Below are positions 24,790 to 39,280 of a stretch of DNA of 64,000 nucleotides, in pieces. The stretch comes from Octopus vulgaris (lineage: Eukaryota). How positions within the stretch are numbered: position 1 is the first letter of the stretch; each line of letters opens with the position of its first letter. The position numbers and the translations under genes were made by a program. The stretch spans positions 39,122,001-39,186,000 of the forward strand of contig OX597822.1 of the NCBI GenBank assembly GCA_951406725.2. Direction: 5' to 3'. The notes beneath the pieces were generated by a model. The model did no database searches and was not told the origin of the DNA. It was given only the letters and a program-made list of their open reading frames with translations.

Positions 24790-25170
24790 TTTGTTTCAGT
24801 CATTTGACTGTGGCCATGCTGGAGCACCGCATTTAGTCGAGCAAATCGACCCCATGACTTATTCTTTGTCAGCCTAGTACTTATTCTATCGGTCTCTTTT
24901 GCCGAATCGCTAAGTTACGTGGACGTAAACACACCAGCATGTGAAATGATGTTGGGAGGACAAACATATACTCACACATACATATATATACATATATACA
25001 TATATACGACGGGCTTCTTTCAGTTTCCGTCTACTAAATCCACTCACAAGGCTTTGATCGGCCCGAGGCTATAGTAAAAGACACTTGCCCAAGGTGCCAC
25101 GCAGTAGGAATGAACCTGGAACCATGTGGTTGGTAAGCAATCTACTTACCACACAGCCACTCCTGCGCCT
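24790..25170 (-). mobile_element. SINE family A, near full length
   Basis: Colinear with 495-916. Confidence 0.85.
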
Positions 25171-25328
25171 ATGTTATTATTGTTAATTATTTTTTCAGTT
25201 ACCCGCTTCTAATGTCGAAGTTTGACTCCGACAGCTTCTCATTGACTCCTCTTTCAGGCGGCTCAATTTAAGTTCAAGAGATCTCTTTTCGATACTTTCA
25301 AGAATTTTCCTTCTATTTCTTTTTACTT

Positions 25329-25330
<2 letters not shown>

Positions 25331-25360
<30 letters not shown>

Positions 25361-25538
25361 TGTATGTATGTATGTGTGTGTGTATGTATGTGTGTGTATG
25401 TATGTATGTATGTATGTATGTATGTGTGTGTATGTGTGTGTATGCATGCTTGCATGTATGTATGTATGTATGTATGTATGTATGTGTGTGTGTGTGTATA
25501 TATGTATGTATGTATGTGTGTATGTATGTATGTATGTA

Positions 25539-25569
<31 letters not shown>

Positions 25570-25923
25570 ATGTATGCATGTATGTATGTATCTGTATGTA
25601 TGTATGTATGTATGTATGTATGTATGTATGTGTGTGTGTATGTATGTATGTGTGTATGTATGTATGTATGTATGTGTGTGTGTGTATGTATGTATGTGTG
25701 TATGTATGTATGTATGTGTGTGTATGTATGTATGTGTGTATGTATGTATGTATGTATGTATGTATATATGTATGTATGTATGTTTGTATGTATGTATGTA
25801 TGTTTGTATGTATGTATGTATGTATGTTTGTATGTATGTATGTATGTATGTATGTATGTATGTATGTATGTATGTATGTATATGTGTGTGTGTATGTATG
25901 TATGCATGTATGTATGTATGTAT
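25331..25923. repeat. (TATG/TG)n microsatellite
   Basis: Direct read. Confidence 0.97.
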
Positions 25924-26029
25924 GAGTTCTAGGTAAATTCTACCACGGAAAATTCCACCAGGTAAATTTCACCATAGGTAAATTCCATCACGGTATATTT
26001 AATCTGTCTGTCTCTCAAGTCTTAAGAAA

Positions 26030-26072
<43 letters not shown>

Positions 26073-26168
26073 TACCCACACCGCCATCACCACCCATAAC
26101 ATCAACGACCCGACATTAACATTGTCGCCGCCGCCGCCGCTACCAGCACTGCTACTACTACCACCACC

Positions 26169-26227
<59 letters not shown>

Positions 26228-26279
26228 CGCCAACACAACAGCCACCACCACCACCACCACCACCACCAATACTACAACA

Positions 26280-26346
<67 letters not shown>

Positions 26347-26354
26347 TTACCGTT

Positions 26355-26512
26355 GCTCGCGATACCAGAGGGCGCACACTCTCCTACCCTGATGTAATCT
26401 CCAGAGATACAGGCATCCAGCAACAGGACCTCCATAATGCTATGATGGACCGTGAAGTCTGGCGTAACATAGTAAATTCGATTGTCTCGACCACGGTCGA
26501 ACAATGATTATG
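26355..26512 (+). mobile_element. 3' end of an RTE-type LINE
   Basis: RGRTLSYPDVISRDTGIQQQDLHNAMMDREVWRNIV resembles the RTE C-terminus (GR...Y.D....D.G.....L...M.DR..WR..V). Confidence 0.6.
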
Positions 26513-26632
26513 ACTATTACTACTAACAACAGCAGCAGCAGCAGGAACACTAATCAGCAACCACAAGATCACTAATCGTTGCATAGAAACTAGATTTCAT
26601 TGCCTATTGATGCAAGCTGTCATTTCTGAGAG

Positions 26633-27014
26633 TGGAGGCGCAATGGCCCAGTGGTTAGGGCAGCGGACTCGCGGTCATAGGATCGCGGTTTCGATTCCCA
26701 GACCGGGCGTTGTGAGTGTTTATTGAGCGAAAACACCTAAAGCGCCACGAGGCTCCGGCAGGGGATGGTGGTGATCCCTGCTGTACTCTTTCACCACAAC
26801 TTTCTCTCACTCTTACATCCTGTTTCAGTTGTACCTGTATTTCAAAGGGCCGGCCATGTCACTCTCTGTGTCACGCTGAATATCCCCGAGAACTACGTTA
26901 AGGGTACACGTGTCTGTGGAGTGCTCAGCCACTTACTCGTTAATTTCACGAGCAGGCTGTTCCGTTGATCGGATCAACCGGAACCCTCATCGTCGTAACC
27001 GACGGAGTGCTTCC
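26633..27014 (+). mobile_element. SINE family C
   Basis: Colinear with 23646-24030. Confidence 0.85.
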
Positions 27015-28009
27015 AATCTTTACCAACGGATTTTCTTCTAAGAAGGACCCTTTTATTTTTCCGCTGATAGTAGGTGGGATTTGAACTCAGAATATAGGGA
27101 TCCGAAATAGATACTGCTAGATGCTACTAGATTCCACGAATCTTCTCTGTATTGTTATTTTGAGAATATGAAGATGAAATTAACTTAGGCGTGATTTGAA
27201 CTCACAAAGCAAAGAGGCGAAATAAATAACCCAAGTTAACGACTGTGTCAGTTGAACACACCCACACTCGGTCGTGCGCGCAGGGAGGTATATTACAGGA
27301 GACTTGGGATAAAATAATCCAGGCGCTTGCCTAGGGAAGAAGTGCTTCTACGGACAATGACTAAATGGGGAAAAGACCCCCAATAAGCTGGTAACCACGA
27401 CCACCACGACCACCACCACCACCATCATCACCACCCCCACCACCACGACGACCACCACCAACAACAAAAACAACACCACCACCACCACCACCACCACAAA
27501 CACGACGACCACCACAACCACGACCACCATAACCACTACCAGCACCACCGCCACCACTGCTGCCACTACCACCGCCTCCACCACCACCATACTATGCCTC
27601 TGCTCTCTCCTTTTGGCTACTAAATCCATTACCATATTTCACAAGTACCATCGCCATACAATATTGCCTTCAAAAGTTTGTGTTTGGATAATATCTTTTA
27701 AGTAAAAGTTGTGCAACAACTATAACATTCGGTTGTGCAAATTATTTGTACGGGAAACCTTCCCTGTGTGGAGTGTTTCCCGATTTTGTAGAATTTGCTT
27801 TCGGGCTTTCTTAGCCATTTCTGTTTTGGTGTCTTCAAGCCATGAAGTCGTTGTTCTAAAAGAACGCTGGTCTCCTTGACAACGCTTTACGACGTTGATT
27901 TCCTTACACTCCCTTTCCCACAGCTTCACGAAGGAGGGAAGAAGGGGGAGAAGCAACACAGGTGCAGGTGTGAGCATGGACGCCAACTCCGCCGCCTTCC
28001 CTTTATTTA

Positions 28010-28228
28010 AAAAAATATGCGTTAAAATGGAAAAAAATTATGGTAAATTAATTTTAAAATCGTAGACTCATTGTAGAGGCGCGCTAATACCCAGACGGGC
28101 TCGATATGAATCACGACTATAAGATACCCGAATTTGGTTAAACTGCACCGCAAAATGTGGGAGTAGTTAGGAATCTAAATCGTAGGAGACAGACACTCAC
28201 ACAACTTCACTTCTATATATATAGAAGA
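28010..28228 (-). mobile_element. Helitron 5' fragment (family of 21021-21416)
   Basis: Reverse complement of the first ~210 bp of the 21021 element. Confidence 0.8.
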
Positions 28229-28400
28229 TATTTCTATTATATGTAATTTTCTAGATGGTGTAATTTAATTGTTCATTTTGAATTGATAAAAGGTGTTTTT
28301 TTCTAATTTTATATATATATATATATATTATAATTTGTGAAATTTGATTTAGTATTTCTAAATTGAATTTTTCCCTGTAAGTTATGAATAATATTCCCTC

Positions 28401-28437
<37 letters not shown>

Positions 28438-28443
28438 TGTATA

Positions 28444-28480
<37 letters not shown>

Positions 28481-28486
28481 TGTATA

Positions 28487-28549
<63 letters not shown>

Positions 28550-28564
28550 TGTACATATATATGT

Positions 28565-28625
<61 letters not shown>

Positions 28626-28628
<3 letters not shown>

Positions 28629-29028
28629 TTATATATAAAAGTGAAGTTGTGTGTCTGTCTCCTACGATTTAGATTCCTAACTACTCCCTCATTTTGCGGT
28701 GCAGTGTAACCAAAAGCGGGTATCTTATAGTCGTGATTCATATCGAGCCCTTCTGGGTATTAGCGCACGTCTACGATGAGTTTACGATTAAAAAAAAAAA
28801 TTACCATCATTTTTTCCGCATTTTTAATGCATTTTCGCTCGGTTTATATAAGGGAAGTAACTCTCTAAAAATGTATTATTAAATCTCAGAATGTAAAAAA
28901 GCTACAGTAACAACCCCCCCCCCTTTGTGGTTAGCCACATTGAGATGGCTATTATACTTTACATTTCTAAAAATGCTTATATAGTTATTTCCCTTACAAA
29001 CCCGAGCAACGCAGGGCGACACTGCTAA
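28626..29028 (+). mobile_element. Non-autonomous Helitron (family of 21021-21416)
   Basis: A|TC...CCCGAGCAACGCAGGG...CTAA|T. Confidence 0.85.
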
Positions 29029-29732
29029 TATATATATATATATATACTCTTTTATTCTTTTATTTGTTACAGTCATTTGACTTTGGCCATGCTGGAGCAC
29101 TGCCTTTAGTCGAGCAAATCGACTCTAGGGATTATTCTTTGTAAGCCTAGTACTTATTCTATCAGTCTGTTTTTGCCACACACACACACATACATATACA
29201 CACACACACATACATATATACACATACATATATACACACACGTATACACACACACATCTTGTTGCTTCTTGGGAGGGTCATTATGCCAATAACGATATGG
29301 TTACACATCTGACCAACTTCGTAATCGATCGTTTGTTTAACATGCTGGTTAAACAATCAAAGTTTTATTTCTTCGTGAAAGTCCGTTCGTCGCTATTTTT
29401 CGCGACCTTTTCAATAGCTTGTCCTTTCTCTTCAACGTCTGCCCTGAATTTGGCCGCGAATTAATCTTATGTCTGCGTGCATCATGCCTTTCTATGTGTG
29501 TGTAGATGTGTGTTTGCTTAGAAGAATAAGGGTGAGAGGAAAGGAGATTATGTGCGTGCGTGCGAGTGTGTATGTGTGTGTGTGTGTGCGTGCGTATGTG
29601 TGTGGTTGTGTGTACACTCGTGTGACTACTTGCATGTGTATGTGTACGTGTGTGTTAGTGTGTGTAGCCATCCATGACTAGGTATGTGTATGTATAACTG
29701 TGTCTATATACGTACATAGATTTATATGCAAG

Positions 29733-29965
29733 AGGCGGCGAGCTGGCAGAAGCGTTAGCACGCCGGGCGAAATGCTTAGCAGTATTTCGTCTGCCGCTAC
29801 GTTCTGAGTTCAAATTCCGCCGAGGTCGACTTTGCCTTTCATCCTCTCGGGGTCGATAAATAAAGTACCAGTTTCGCACTGGGTCGATGTAATCGACTTA
29901 ATCCGTTTGTCTGTCCTTGTTTGTCCCCTCTATGTTTAGCCCCTTGTGGGTAGCAAAAGAAATAT
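29733..29965 (+). mobile_element. SINE family D monomer
   Basis: GGCGGCGAGCTGGCAGAAGCGTTAGC head, GAGTTCAAATTCC B-box-like motif, Meta-like block. Confidence 0.8.
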
Positions 29966-30222
29966 ATATCATGTATATATGTGAATAGAAGCAGGCGTGA
30001 CTGTGTTGTAAGCCGTTCCGGGTTCAGTCCAGCTGCGTGGCACTTTGAGCGGGTGTTTCTACTATAGCCCTGGGTCGACTAAACCCTTGTGAGTAGATTT
30101 GATTGACGGAATCTGAAAAAGCTCGTCATATATGTGTTTATCAATATTTAGCAGAAGCAACAGAGTGACTCGGGGGGCGAGAGTTTCGTGCATTGACACT
30201 TGTCAAACTACACACAGACACA

Positions 30223-30267
<45 letters not shown>

Positions 30268-30630
30268 GCATGAGTGGCTGTGTGGTAAGTAGCCTGCTTA
30301 CCAACCACATGGTTCTGGGTTCAGCCCCATTGCGTGACGCCTTGGTCTTCTACTAGAGCCTCAGGCCAACCAAAGCCTTGAGAGTGAATTTGTTAGACGG
30401 AAACTGTGTGTGTGTTTGTGTTTGTCCCCCCCGATGGTGGCATGTATATACATATTATTGTTCTTTCTTGCGAAATATATAGAATTACTTTAAAGAAGTG
30501 TTCGGATCGAAACAAGTAAAAGAATAAAAGAAAGAAAAGAAAGAATATATATATATATATGTACATTTTTACTTTTATATACATATTTATATTTATTGCA
30601 TATCTTTAACTTTTTTATATTTATATATAA

Positions 30631-31930
30631 CTAGCAGTTGCCCGGTTACATTCAATTGGAGAATTAGACTTTTCTGTTATATCTTCTGTGATGAACTGGA
30701 ATATCTATGTTTCGAATTTCATCAAAATTGCAGATGAGGGTTATTTCAATCTTTACACACCCTAAAAAATTGTAATTGTGCCACATGTATCCCATAATCC
30801 TGATTTTTATGCGCATATTCCAAAATTCCAGTCTTATTTAACTTGTTAAAAAGATTTTGTTTCTGAAAAATGAAGGTCATGGAGCTCTAAAATGTGAGAG
30901 TTAAGGCCCCTGTTGGGGGTGGGCATCTTAATGTCAACCAGAGAAGTTGAATTGTTGAAAATCTTTTTAACTTAGGTCTTATATCTATTGTTTGAATTTC
31001 TTTGAAATAGGAAATATATGTTCACTGGGTTTGTAAAAGAGAGCAAAGCTACAGGAAACCAAAAGACGAATGATCACAATAAGCAGTCAGTTGCCCTACC
31101 CTAGTCGTTACCACTCCTAATGTAGGATTCCTCACAATTCAGGTGACAGGCACAGCCGTAAGATGCGATACGAATCTATAGCAATTGGAAGGGCGTAACC
31201 CAACTGAAATCAACATTAACAACTGTTTGACGTGAGAGCTAAGGAGAAATGAAAGTGTCACCTCTGTAGTTTGCAAATGACCACTATACTGATACGTAAC
31301 TGGACAGAAAAAATTTAAAATCTATAAATGTCTTCGAATAACCAGTCACTCATCTGGGAAGGCCTTGAAATCAATGTTACCATCTGGGGACTATGTGTGA
31401 ACGAGTGATAATAAAAAGACTGAAAGGAGGTCTGCAATCAAATAAATTTTACTCTACACTTTGCAACTGAATCAGTGGAGGCAAAGATGCCTCTCATTTA
31501 CTTGACAGTTTATGCAGCACATTGCAGAAATCACAATATAAGTGTATGTCAAAGCAAACTGTTACACTGTTGTACCATTGAATTACAAATAATGCTCATC
31601 TTTTATGCTCGGGTAACCCTACAGCTTCCAAGAGCACAACTGTATTCATTTTTGCTTAGATAAAATGACAAAATTGTAGATGTTAAGTCCCCATGGAGGG
31701 GTCTTTCTTACTTTGTAAGATGAAATTTTATAGATATTACTTCATTTGTGTCTAATGTCTATGGTTAAAATTTCATCAACAGCAAAAATATATGAATTGT
31801 CATGGGCGTTATGGTCCTTATGCATAGAATATAATTTCCAAATTTCATAAAGATCCATTCAGTACTTTTGACCAAGTTTTGGATCATAAAAGAAATTACT
31901 AAAATTTGGGATTTAAGGCTCCCATTAGGG

Positions 31931-31935
<5 letters not shown>
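30631..31935 (-). mobile_element. Probable old Helitron
   Basis: CTAG end at 30631 with partial CCGGGCAAC hairpin. Extent is approximate. Confidence 0.35.
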
Positions 31936-32002
<67 letters not shown>

Positions 32003-32299
32003 AAAAGATACACACACACATGCACACATACAAAGATAAATTGATAGATACAACTGAGTGGGCAAACAAAAATATGAGACACAGCCTAGTGCTTTTTTAT
32101 GTTGATAAGCCTAGTACTTACTCTATTAGTTTGTTCTTGTGAAACCAGTAAGTTATGTGGATGTAAATAAGTGAACAGCAGTTGTGAAGCAGTGATGAGG
32201 GCGAAACACAGAGACAAAGACACACACATACACTTACATATATACATTTATATATATACGATTTATTTGTTACAGTTCCTGTCTACGAAATCCATATAT

Positions 32300-34570
32300 A
32301 TTGTTGTTGGCATCCTTTTTGTCTCAGGAGACAATGGAGTTGCGCATAAAATAATGTAGTCCGGCTTTTACATTTCATGTCCTAATACATCTCTTGCTGT
32401 GGCTGTGTAGTCCTATCTGGGACAAACACTCCCTCTGGCAGGTGCCGTAAATGTAGCGAAGACTTTGCCTGACTGGTCTTAATGTCATAGTTTCTTGTTG
32501 ATGTCTTTTCTTGTCTTTCCATTTCTCCTTTCTCACTATGTCACTCCTTTATGTTCCCTCTTTTACGATACATCGCCAATCTCCACAGTTGCTGGCAACT
32601 GCTTCCCAGTTGGTAATATTGATGTTGCAGGCATTCATGTCCCTTTTGCAAACATCCTTGTATCGTAAGAACGGTCTTCCCACAGACCTAGTACCCCTAG
32701 CAAGCTCTCCGTTGAGTATGTCCTTGGGGATTCTGCCATCTTCCATACAGCTAACATGTCCAAGCGATCTCATACGTCTTTGTGTGAAGAGTGCAAACAT
32801 GCTTGGTATTCCTGCTTGCTTGGGGATATCTTTGTTAGGGACATGATTCTGCCATTTGATGCGATGGATTTTCCGGAGACAGCGCAAGTGAAAGATATTT
32901 AGGCGACGTATGGCGTCGTATGGCGTGTGTATGGCGTCAAAGTCATACAGTAGAGTGCTAAGTACACATGCCTGGTAAATCTTCATTTTTGTGGTCTTGG
33001 TCAGCTTATTGTTGTCCCATGCGCGTTTGGTGAGTTGGGCCATCACAGCAGCTGCCTTGCCAATACGTATATTGAGCTCAGCATCAAGGGATAGGTTGTA
33101 GATGACGGTAGAGCCAAGATAGGTAAACTTCTCCACATCCTGTAGTCTGTGGTCTCCAATTTGTATGTTTGGGATGTCCGATGTAGCCTGACCCATGATG
33201 TTGGTCTTCTTGAGGCTGATAACTAAGCCAAAGTTGCCAAATGCTTGCTCAAAACAGTTGCTGAGCCTTCGTAGGGCTTCTTCTGTGTGTGATACCAGAG
33301 CGGCATCATCAGCAAATAGCATCTCCTTGATCAGGACGCTTCTGAGATTTTGGTCTTGGCACGCAGACGCGAAAGATTAAACAGTTTCCCATCACTTCTA
33401 CTGCGCAGAAACACTCCATCATCTGATGTCTCAAAGGCATGTGACAGCAGCAGCGAGAAGAAGATGCCAAATAATTTAGGAGCAAGGACACAACCTTGCT
33501 CTACCCCATTTTTTATTTGGAAGGCGGCTGATGTTGAACCATTGTGCTGTATGGTGCCTTGCATATTAGCATGGAATGATTTGATGATCTTCAGCAGCTT
33601 TGGTGGACATCCGATTTTTTGGAGCAGGATGAAGAGGCCTTTTCTACTTACCAAGTCAAAGCCCTTTGTCAGATCAATGAAGGCCATATATAATGGCATG
33701 TTCTGCTCTCTGGACTTCTGAAGTTGGCGTATGGAGAATATCATGTCAATAGTTGATCTGCTTCTAAAGCCACACTGCGATTCTGGATAAATTCGAGAAG
33801 CAATTAGTTGCAGCCTGGACAGGATAATGCGAGCAGAGGCCTTTCCAACTGTGCTTAGAAGAGATATTCCACGGTAATTGTTGCAATCATCACGGTCACT
33901 TTTATTTTTGTAAAGCGTAATGATGTTAGCATCCCGCATATTCTGAGGGACTACCCTCTTACCAGCACTGACACAGAAGCTCATGAATGTGCCGAAGCAG
34001 GATAGTGTTTTTTCCGGTTTTGATGATCTCTAAGGGGATGCCGTCTTTTGCCGGAGCCTTGTTACTTGCTAGGGAGTCAATAGATTTGGTGAGCTCTGCT
34101 ATAGATGGCAGACTGTCAAATTCACACATGGCTGGCAAGATCTTGACACCCTCGATTGCAGCCTCAGCTACCTCTCGTGAGTAGAGATCCTGGTAGTACT
34201 CCATCCATGTATCCATTTGCTTGCTTTGGTCCTTGATGAGATCTCCAGTAGTTGATTTCAGAGGGGCTGAGGTGGTTGCGGATGGACCGAGGGCCTTCTT
34301 CAAACCGGCATACATCCCACGGGTGTCGCCACTGTCAGCAGCTGACTGGATACTCTGACAGATTTCCTGTCAATACCCATTTGCACAGCGTCTGGCAGTG
34401 AGTTGGGTTTTATTTCTTGCCTTTCTGAGTTCTTCGAGTGACTTTGTAGAAGAAACACTCTTGTATTGCATCAGAGCTGCACGCTTTGCTTCGATAACTG
34501 TTTCCAGCTCTGAGAGCCCAGCACTGAACAAAATCTGGGTTTTACCTTTCTCTCATTCCGAAAGTATCTA
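32300..34570 (-). mobile_element. 5'-truncated RTE (BovB-like) LINE, frameshifted
   Basis: Motifs NYRGISLLS, ESQCGFR, FIDLTKGFDLVSR, GVEQGCVLAP, DMLFADD, FTYLGS. 3' end CCATTGTCTCCTGAGACAAAAAGGATGCC plus (CAA)n. Confidence 0.92.
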
Positions 34571-35791
34571 TTGATGTGGTATACGAAGCTTCCCTGATAT
34601 AATTCCACCTACTTTCAGCAGAGGAGGTTGGGCAGCTACTGAGGGCAACCTTGATAGAAACAGCAAAACATTGTCGCAGTGTAGGGTCCGAGGTTCTGGC
34701 AGGAGCCGAGCCGAGTGTAGGGTCGGAGGTTCTTCAGGAGCCGAGCCGAGCCGAGCCGAGCCGGACTCCTTATACCCTAAGTAAGTTATATGTAAAATGT
34801 GAATGAAATTGGTTGTGTAGTTCTCAAGTTTCATGGAAACACACATTCTCAGATACATAAAAGAATGAGAGTGGGTGATGTTTTGTTTGTTGGACCAATG
34901 TATTAAGGTAGTATTGTTTTAAAACGAAAGAGGCAATGTGTTTGTTTCAAAAATAAAAAAAAGTCAAACGTCCGCCAATGGGAAGACAGTTCATATTCGA
35001 TTAGAGCACTCTGGGTATAATCATAAAAGTGAAAAATGGAATTTTTAGGCATATCAAACAGTGAAAAACCAAAAACAAATATATTAAAAAAAATATAATA
35101 TAGAAAATATAAAATTGAAAAATTTAAATTAAATTGAAAATAAAAATTATTAAATTATATTTATAATTTGTTTAAAAATATATATAACTATGAAAAAGTT
35201 TAATATACATAAATACAGATATATACACTTTGTATATATATATTATATATACATATTTATATATAGAACACACACACACACATACATTAAATATACATAT
35301 CTATATATAGAACACACGCACACACACACATACATTATATATACATATTTATATATAGAACACACACACACACACATACATTATATATACATATTTATAT
35401 ATAGAACACACATACATATAAATGAACGCAAGAATATCTGATTCATAATATTTGTTCTCATGCTCGTGTGTTGTTGGTGACAGACAGATACGTGAAAGAA
35501 CGCCGATGTAATGGGAAGGTAAGAAACAGAGTGAGTGAAAAAGAGAGGAAATAGCGAGAGTGACAGATACTTTAAATAACGGTAGTGGACTTATCAAAGT
35601 TATTCTTGAAGGGGAGTGAGAGGGTACTGGAGGAAATAGCGTGAGTGAGGAAGATGGCCCCTAGCAACCACACCTTTTAAGATAGGGATTTCTAAGGTAG
35701 CCCACGAGCTCCGTCACCTATTTCTACATGTCCCTGTAAATTTTGGAGCGAATCGGACGGGACGTAGTGGCATTGAAAGCGATCCAAGCGG

Positions 35792-35873
<82 letters not shown>

Positions 35874-36130
35874 CTGAAGTTGTCTGGATATATGTATGTA
35901 TGTGTGTGTGTGTGTGTGTGTGTATACGTATGTATGTGTAGAGACCTATTTTGGCCCCACCTGAGTTTTGAAACTGAATGGGTAAATTTCCCCCTAACTA
36001 TAGAGCCTTATTGTTCTGTTGAGGAACAATGTTGTTTTATTCAACCGATGGCCTTCCCAACATTTGATTGATGTATTTTCCTCTTGACTCATAACCCTTC
36101 TAGTTTAAATAAATAATATAAATAATATAA

Positions 36131-36245
36131 GGGATCTTTACCCTTTCAACGGCAGATCGAGAAATATATTTTTTGTAACTAAACACTTTCAACCTTCGGA
36201 CCCTAACCCTAACCCTAATGTGTCATATAAAACATATTTTACTTT
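36131..36245 (+). mobile_element. Diverged GGATCTT-type terminal repeat with (CCCTAA)3 inside
   Basis: GGATCTTT...AACTAAACACTTTCAACCTTCG...ATGTGTCA resembles the 19824 terminus. Confidence 0.5.
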
Positions 36246-36257
36246 TAATGTTACTCT

Positions 36258-36580
36258 TGACCGCGGCCATGCTGGAGCATCGCCTTTAATCGAGCAACTC
36301 GACCCCGGGACTTATTCTTTTTGTAAGCCCAGTACTTATTCTATCGGTCTCTTTTGCCGAACCGCTAAGTAACGGGGACATAAATACACCAGCATCGGTT
36401 GTCAAGCAATGCTAGAGGGACAAACACAGACACACAAACACACATACATACATATATATATATGACGGGCTTCTTTCAGTTTCCGTCTACCAAATCCACT
36501 CACAAGGCTTTGGTTGGCCCGAGGTTATAGTAGAAGACACTTGCCCAAGGTGCCAGACAGTGGGACTGAACCCGGAATCA
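36258..36580 (-). mobile_element. SINE family A
   Basis: Colinear with 495-916. Confidence 0.85.
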
Positions 36581-37057
36581 GCTACTCCAATATTTTTTAA
36601 ACATCTGGCCTGTAAAACTTAATATTCCTCTAAATATTTTATAAGTCATCATACTATTTTTATCTTAGAAAAACAATGACCGAAGGAGTGAGAAGATTAG
36701 ATTATTCATGAAGCGTCTTCATAAAAACAAAAACACAGAACTCCTTTGGCATCTTAAATAAATACAATATCAATTCCAATAAAAGTAAAAAGACCGGTTT
36801 TCCTTGACCAACTTTACTGACGTCAGCATTTGAATGGATAGGTATAGGGGTGTTTACAACTCTGTTTTATTACGATTAACTCATTCTATTGGGCCCTGAA
36901 AGATAAGACAAAAACCAGCCGAGCAGGATTTGAAATGATTATTGTAAAATAATGCAAATGTCGGTTTACCTATACATGTGTGCCCCTACCCGACCGACTT
37001 TGTTGCCTCACAACTTCCAGAAAATGTAAATTTTTTTAATGAAATTTTCAAAAAATA

Positions 37058-37569
37058 CCGTTAATCCTCGAGTATAGTCTGCCCTTGAGTATAATACGCA
37101 GGGGATTTTTAGGGGGCTGTACCTCTGGAAAACCTAAACCTTGTGTATAATACGCACCACTTCTCTAACTTCAGTCAAGGAGGTGTATATAACGTCCTTG
37201 GTTTCTAAAAATGTATACGGTAACGTCCTTTATTATTATTGTATATATAACATAATGTAAACGTGTAGCTTTTTTGTGCATTTTGTTTGCAGAAAATAAA
37301 GAAATAACAGTAATAACGTTTAATAAATGTTGCTTATTGCAAGTTATGGATGATTCTTTTATGACTTCATTGCTTTCAGGCTTAGCTTAAGGTATTTTCG
37401 AGCCCGACATCACAAAATGCCTCTGAATAAACATTGCCTGACAGCAAATAGAGACTTGGACATTGCTTAGAAAATAATTTCCATTTTTAACCTCATATAT
37501 AGTACGCACTAGGGATTTTGACCTTTAAATTTTGGGAAAATAATGCGGATTATACTTGAGGATTTACGG
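37058..37569. mobile_element. Tc1/mariner-superfamily MITE (CCGT termini, Tc2-like)
   Basis: TA|CCGTTAATCCTCGAGTATAGTCTGC ... GCGGATTATACTTGAGGATTTACGG|TA. Confidence 0.85.
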
Positions 37570-38050
37570 TATGTTTTAGATTGTGTATATTCCGCTTACA
37601 TAGGAATTTGATATTTAAAAAGATTCTGTGGTTAGGAAGAGGGGTTTCGGGAAATTCACATGAGTTGACTTTGTTTCCTCATAACTTGGGTATTTTTTAA
37701 TGAAATTTGCTACAAATACTTTTCAGAATGTATATATTCAGATCATATTGTAATTTGATGTGAAAAGGAAAATAGTGGCACACATCACAATTTCTTTCGA
37801 AATCTCAAGTTTCATTTTGTACATATATATGATATCCATTAGTACATAAAAGCCCACCATTAGTGCATAAAAGCCCACCATTTTTGTATTTTCTTTTGTC
37901 ATATTAAAACCCCAGCGTTTTCGATAGCCGCTCATGAAAAAGTGAAAGTCTTTCTTCGGCAATTTCTTGATTTCAGCAACTATTTTCGGAAAAAAATTTT
38001 TGCCCCCTACCCCTCCACTTCCAATTTCTTCATTTCTCGCTTGTTTCCGT

Positions 38051-38175
38051 AACTCTAATCCTAAATCCCAACCCTAACCCTAAAACCCCAAACCTAACCC
38101 TAACTCTAAAACCCTAACCATAAAACCTAGCTCTAAAACCCTAACCCTAAAACCCTAACCTTAAAACCCAAACCC
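38051..38175. repeat. Degenerate telomere-like (CCCTAA)n tract
   Basis: Units such as CCCTAACCCTAAAACCCTAA end exactly at an internal GGATCTT terminus. Confidence 0.8.
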
Positions 38176-38860
38176 GGATCTTTTCTTTTTGAAAGCCAGA
38201 TTTTTCAGATTTTTCTAGTTAACTAAATAATTTGAAACTTCGTATACTGGTAGAATGTGTCAAAAGAAAATAATAATTTCAACTAGTTTTTTTGACAAAA
38301 ATATATTTTATAAGTTTAAACGTAGTTTAAATCTGCGAATTTTAACCAATCATATTGTCTGTTTTCATTTGAAATTATTAGCTGCATAGTGTTAATGTGA
38401 CGTAGATAGCTATTTTGTGAGTGGGTAAGCAGTAAGCAAACAGCTGTGGTAGATGTGGTTATCATGGCAGTGGTGGTAGTGGTGACAGTGGATGTGTATG
38501 ATGGCAGCAATTATAGTGTTGGTGTTTTTGTAGAGGTGGTGGTGGTGGTGGTGGCAGCAGTGGATGATGATGATAATGATGATGATAGTAGTAGTAGCAT
38601 TGATTATGTTAGGATGTCTCATGGATGGTAGTGTTGGTGTGTGTGTGTGTGTGTGTGTGTGGGTGTATGTATGGATCAAAACAGTTTGATTCAAATTCTG
38701 TGGTACTTATATATTCATACATACATATACATGTAGATGTATATAACATATATATATTGTATGTAAACATCTTTTATATATATAATGTATGCATCTATAA
38801 TACACACACATTATAAATATATACACATATATGCATATGCATTAGAATATGTGTGTATAG

Positions 38861-38911
<51 letters not shown>

Positions 38912-39280
38912 TATGTTTGTATACATGTGTGTGTAGCTATTTAGGATCTACACAAATTTTATATAAACTCCACGAAGTTTATGATAAGCGGAGATGTTTA
39001 CATTTTAGTTAGCTATTTACATGTTTACGTTAACTACGTCACAAAATAGCTGTTTACGTCACAGTAACAATATTTTGAGAGGCAGTAAATAATATGAGGC
39101 CGAAAGAAAGAATATCATTGGTTAAAATTTGAATTTTTAAACAACGTTAAACTTAGAAATTACAATTCCGTTTTCAGTTTGGTTTACAATTATGTTTTCT
39201 TTTGACACATTCTACCAGTATACGAAGTTTCAAATTGTTTAGTTAACTAGGAAAATCTGGCTTTCAAAAAGAAAAGATCC
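38176..39280. mobile_element. ~1.1-kb GGATCTT...AAGATCC non-autonomous element (right module of the composite)
   Basis: Inner TIR at 38176 (first ~95 bp near-identical to the outer TIR). Internal block 38446-38634 is the reverse complement of ~20739-20939. It has no TSD of its own. Confidence 0.75.

Larger units (their letters stand above)
19824..39280. mobile_element. ~19.5-kb TIR-bounded composite DNA transposon (GG termini, 8-bp TSD; Merlin-like signature)
   Basis: 265-bp TIRs 19824-20088 and 39016-39280 (~8 differences). Direct repeat CAACCTTG at 19816-19823 and 39281-39288. The interrupted SINE B sequence resumes after the right end. Confidence 0.75.

Noticed and set aside
27720-27986. 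88-aa ORF with non-repetitive sequence
   Set aside because: No recognisable domain or splice context. Possibly a decayed retroelement end.
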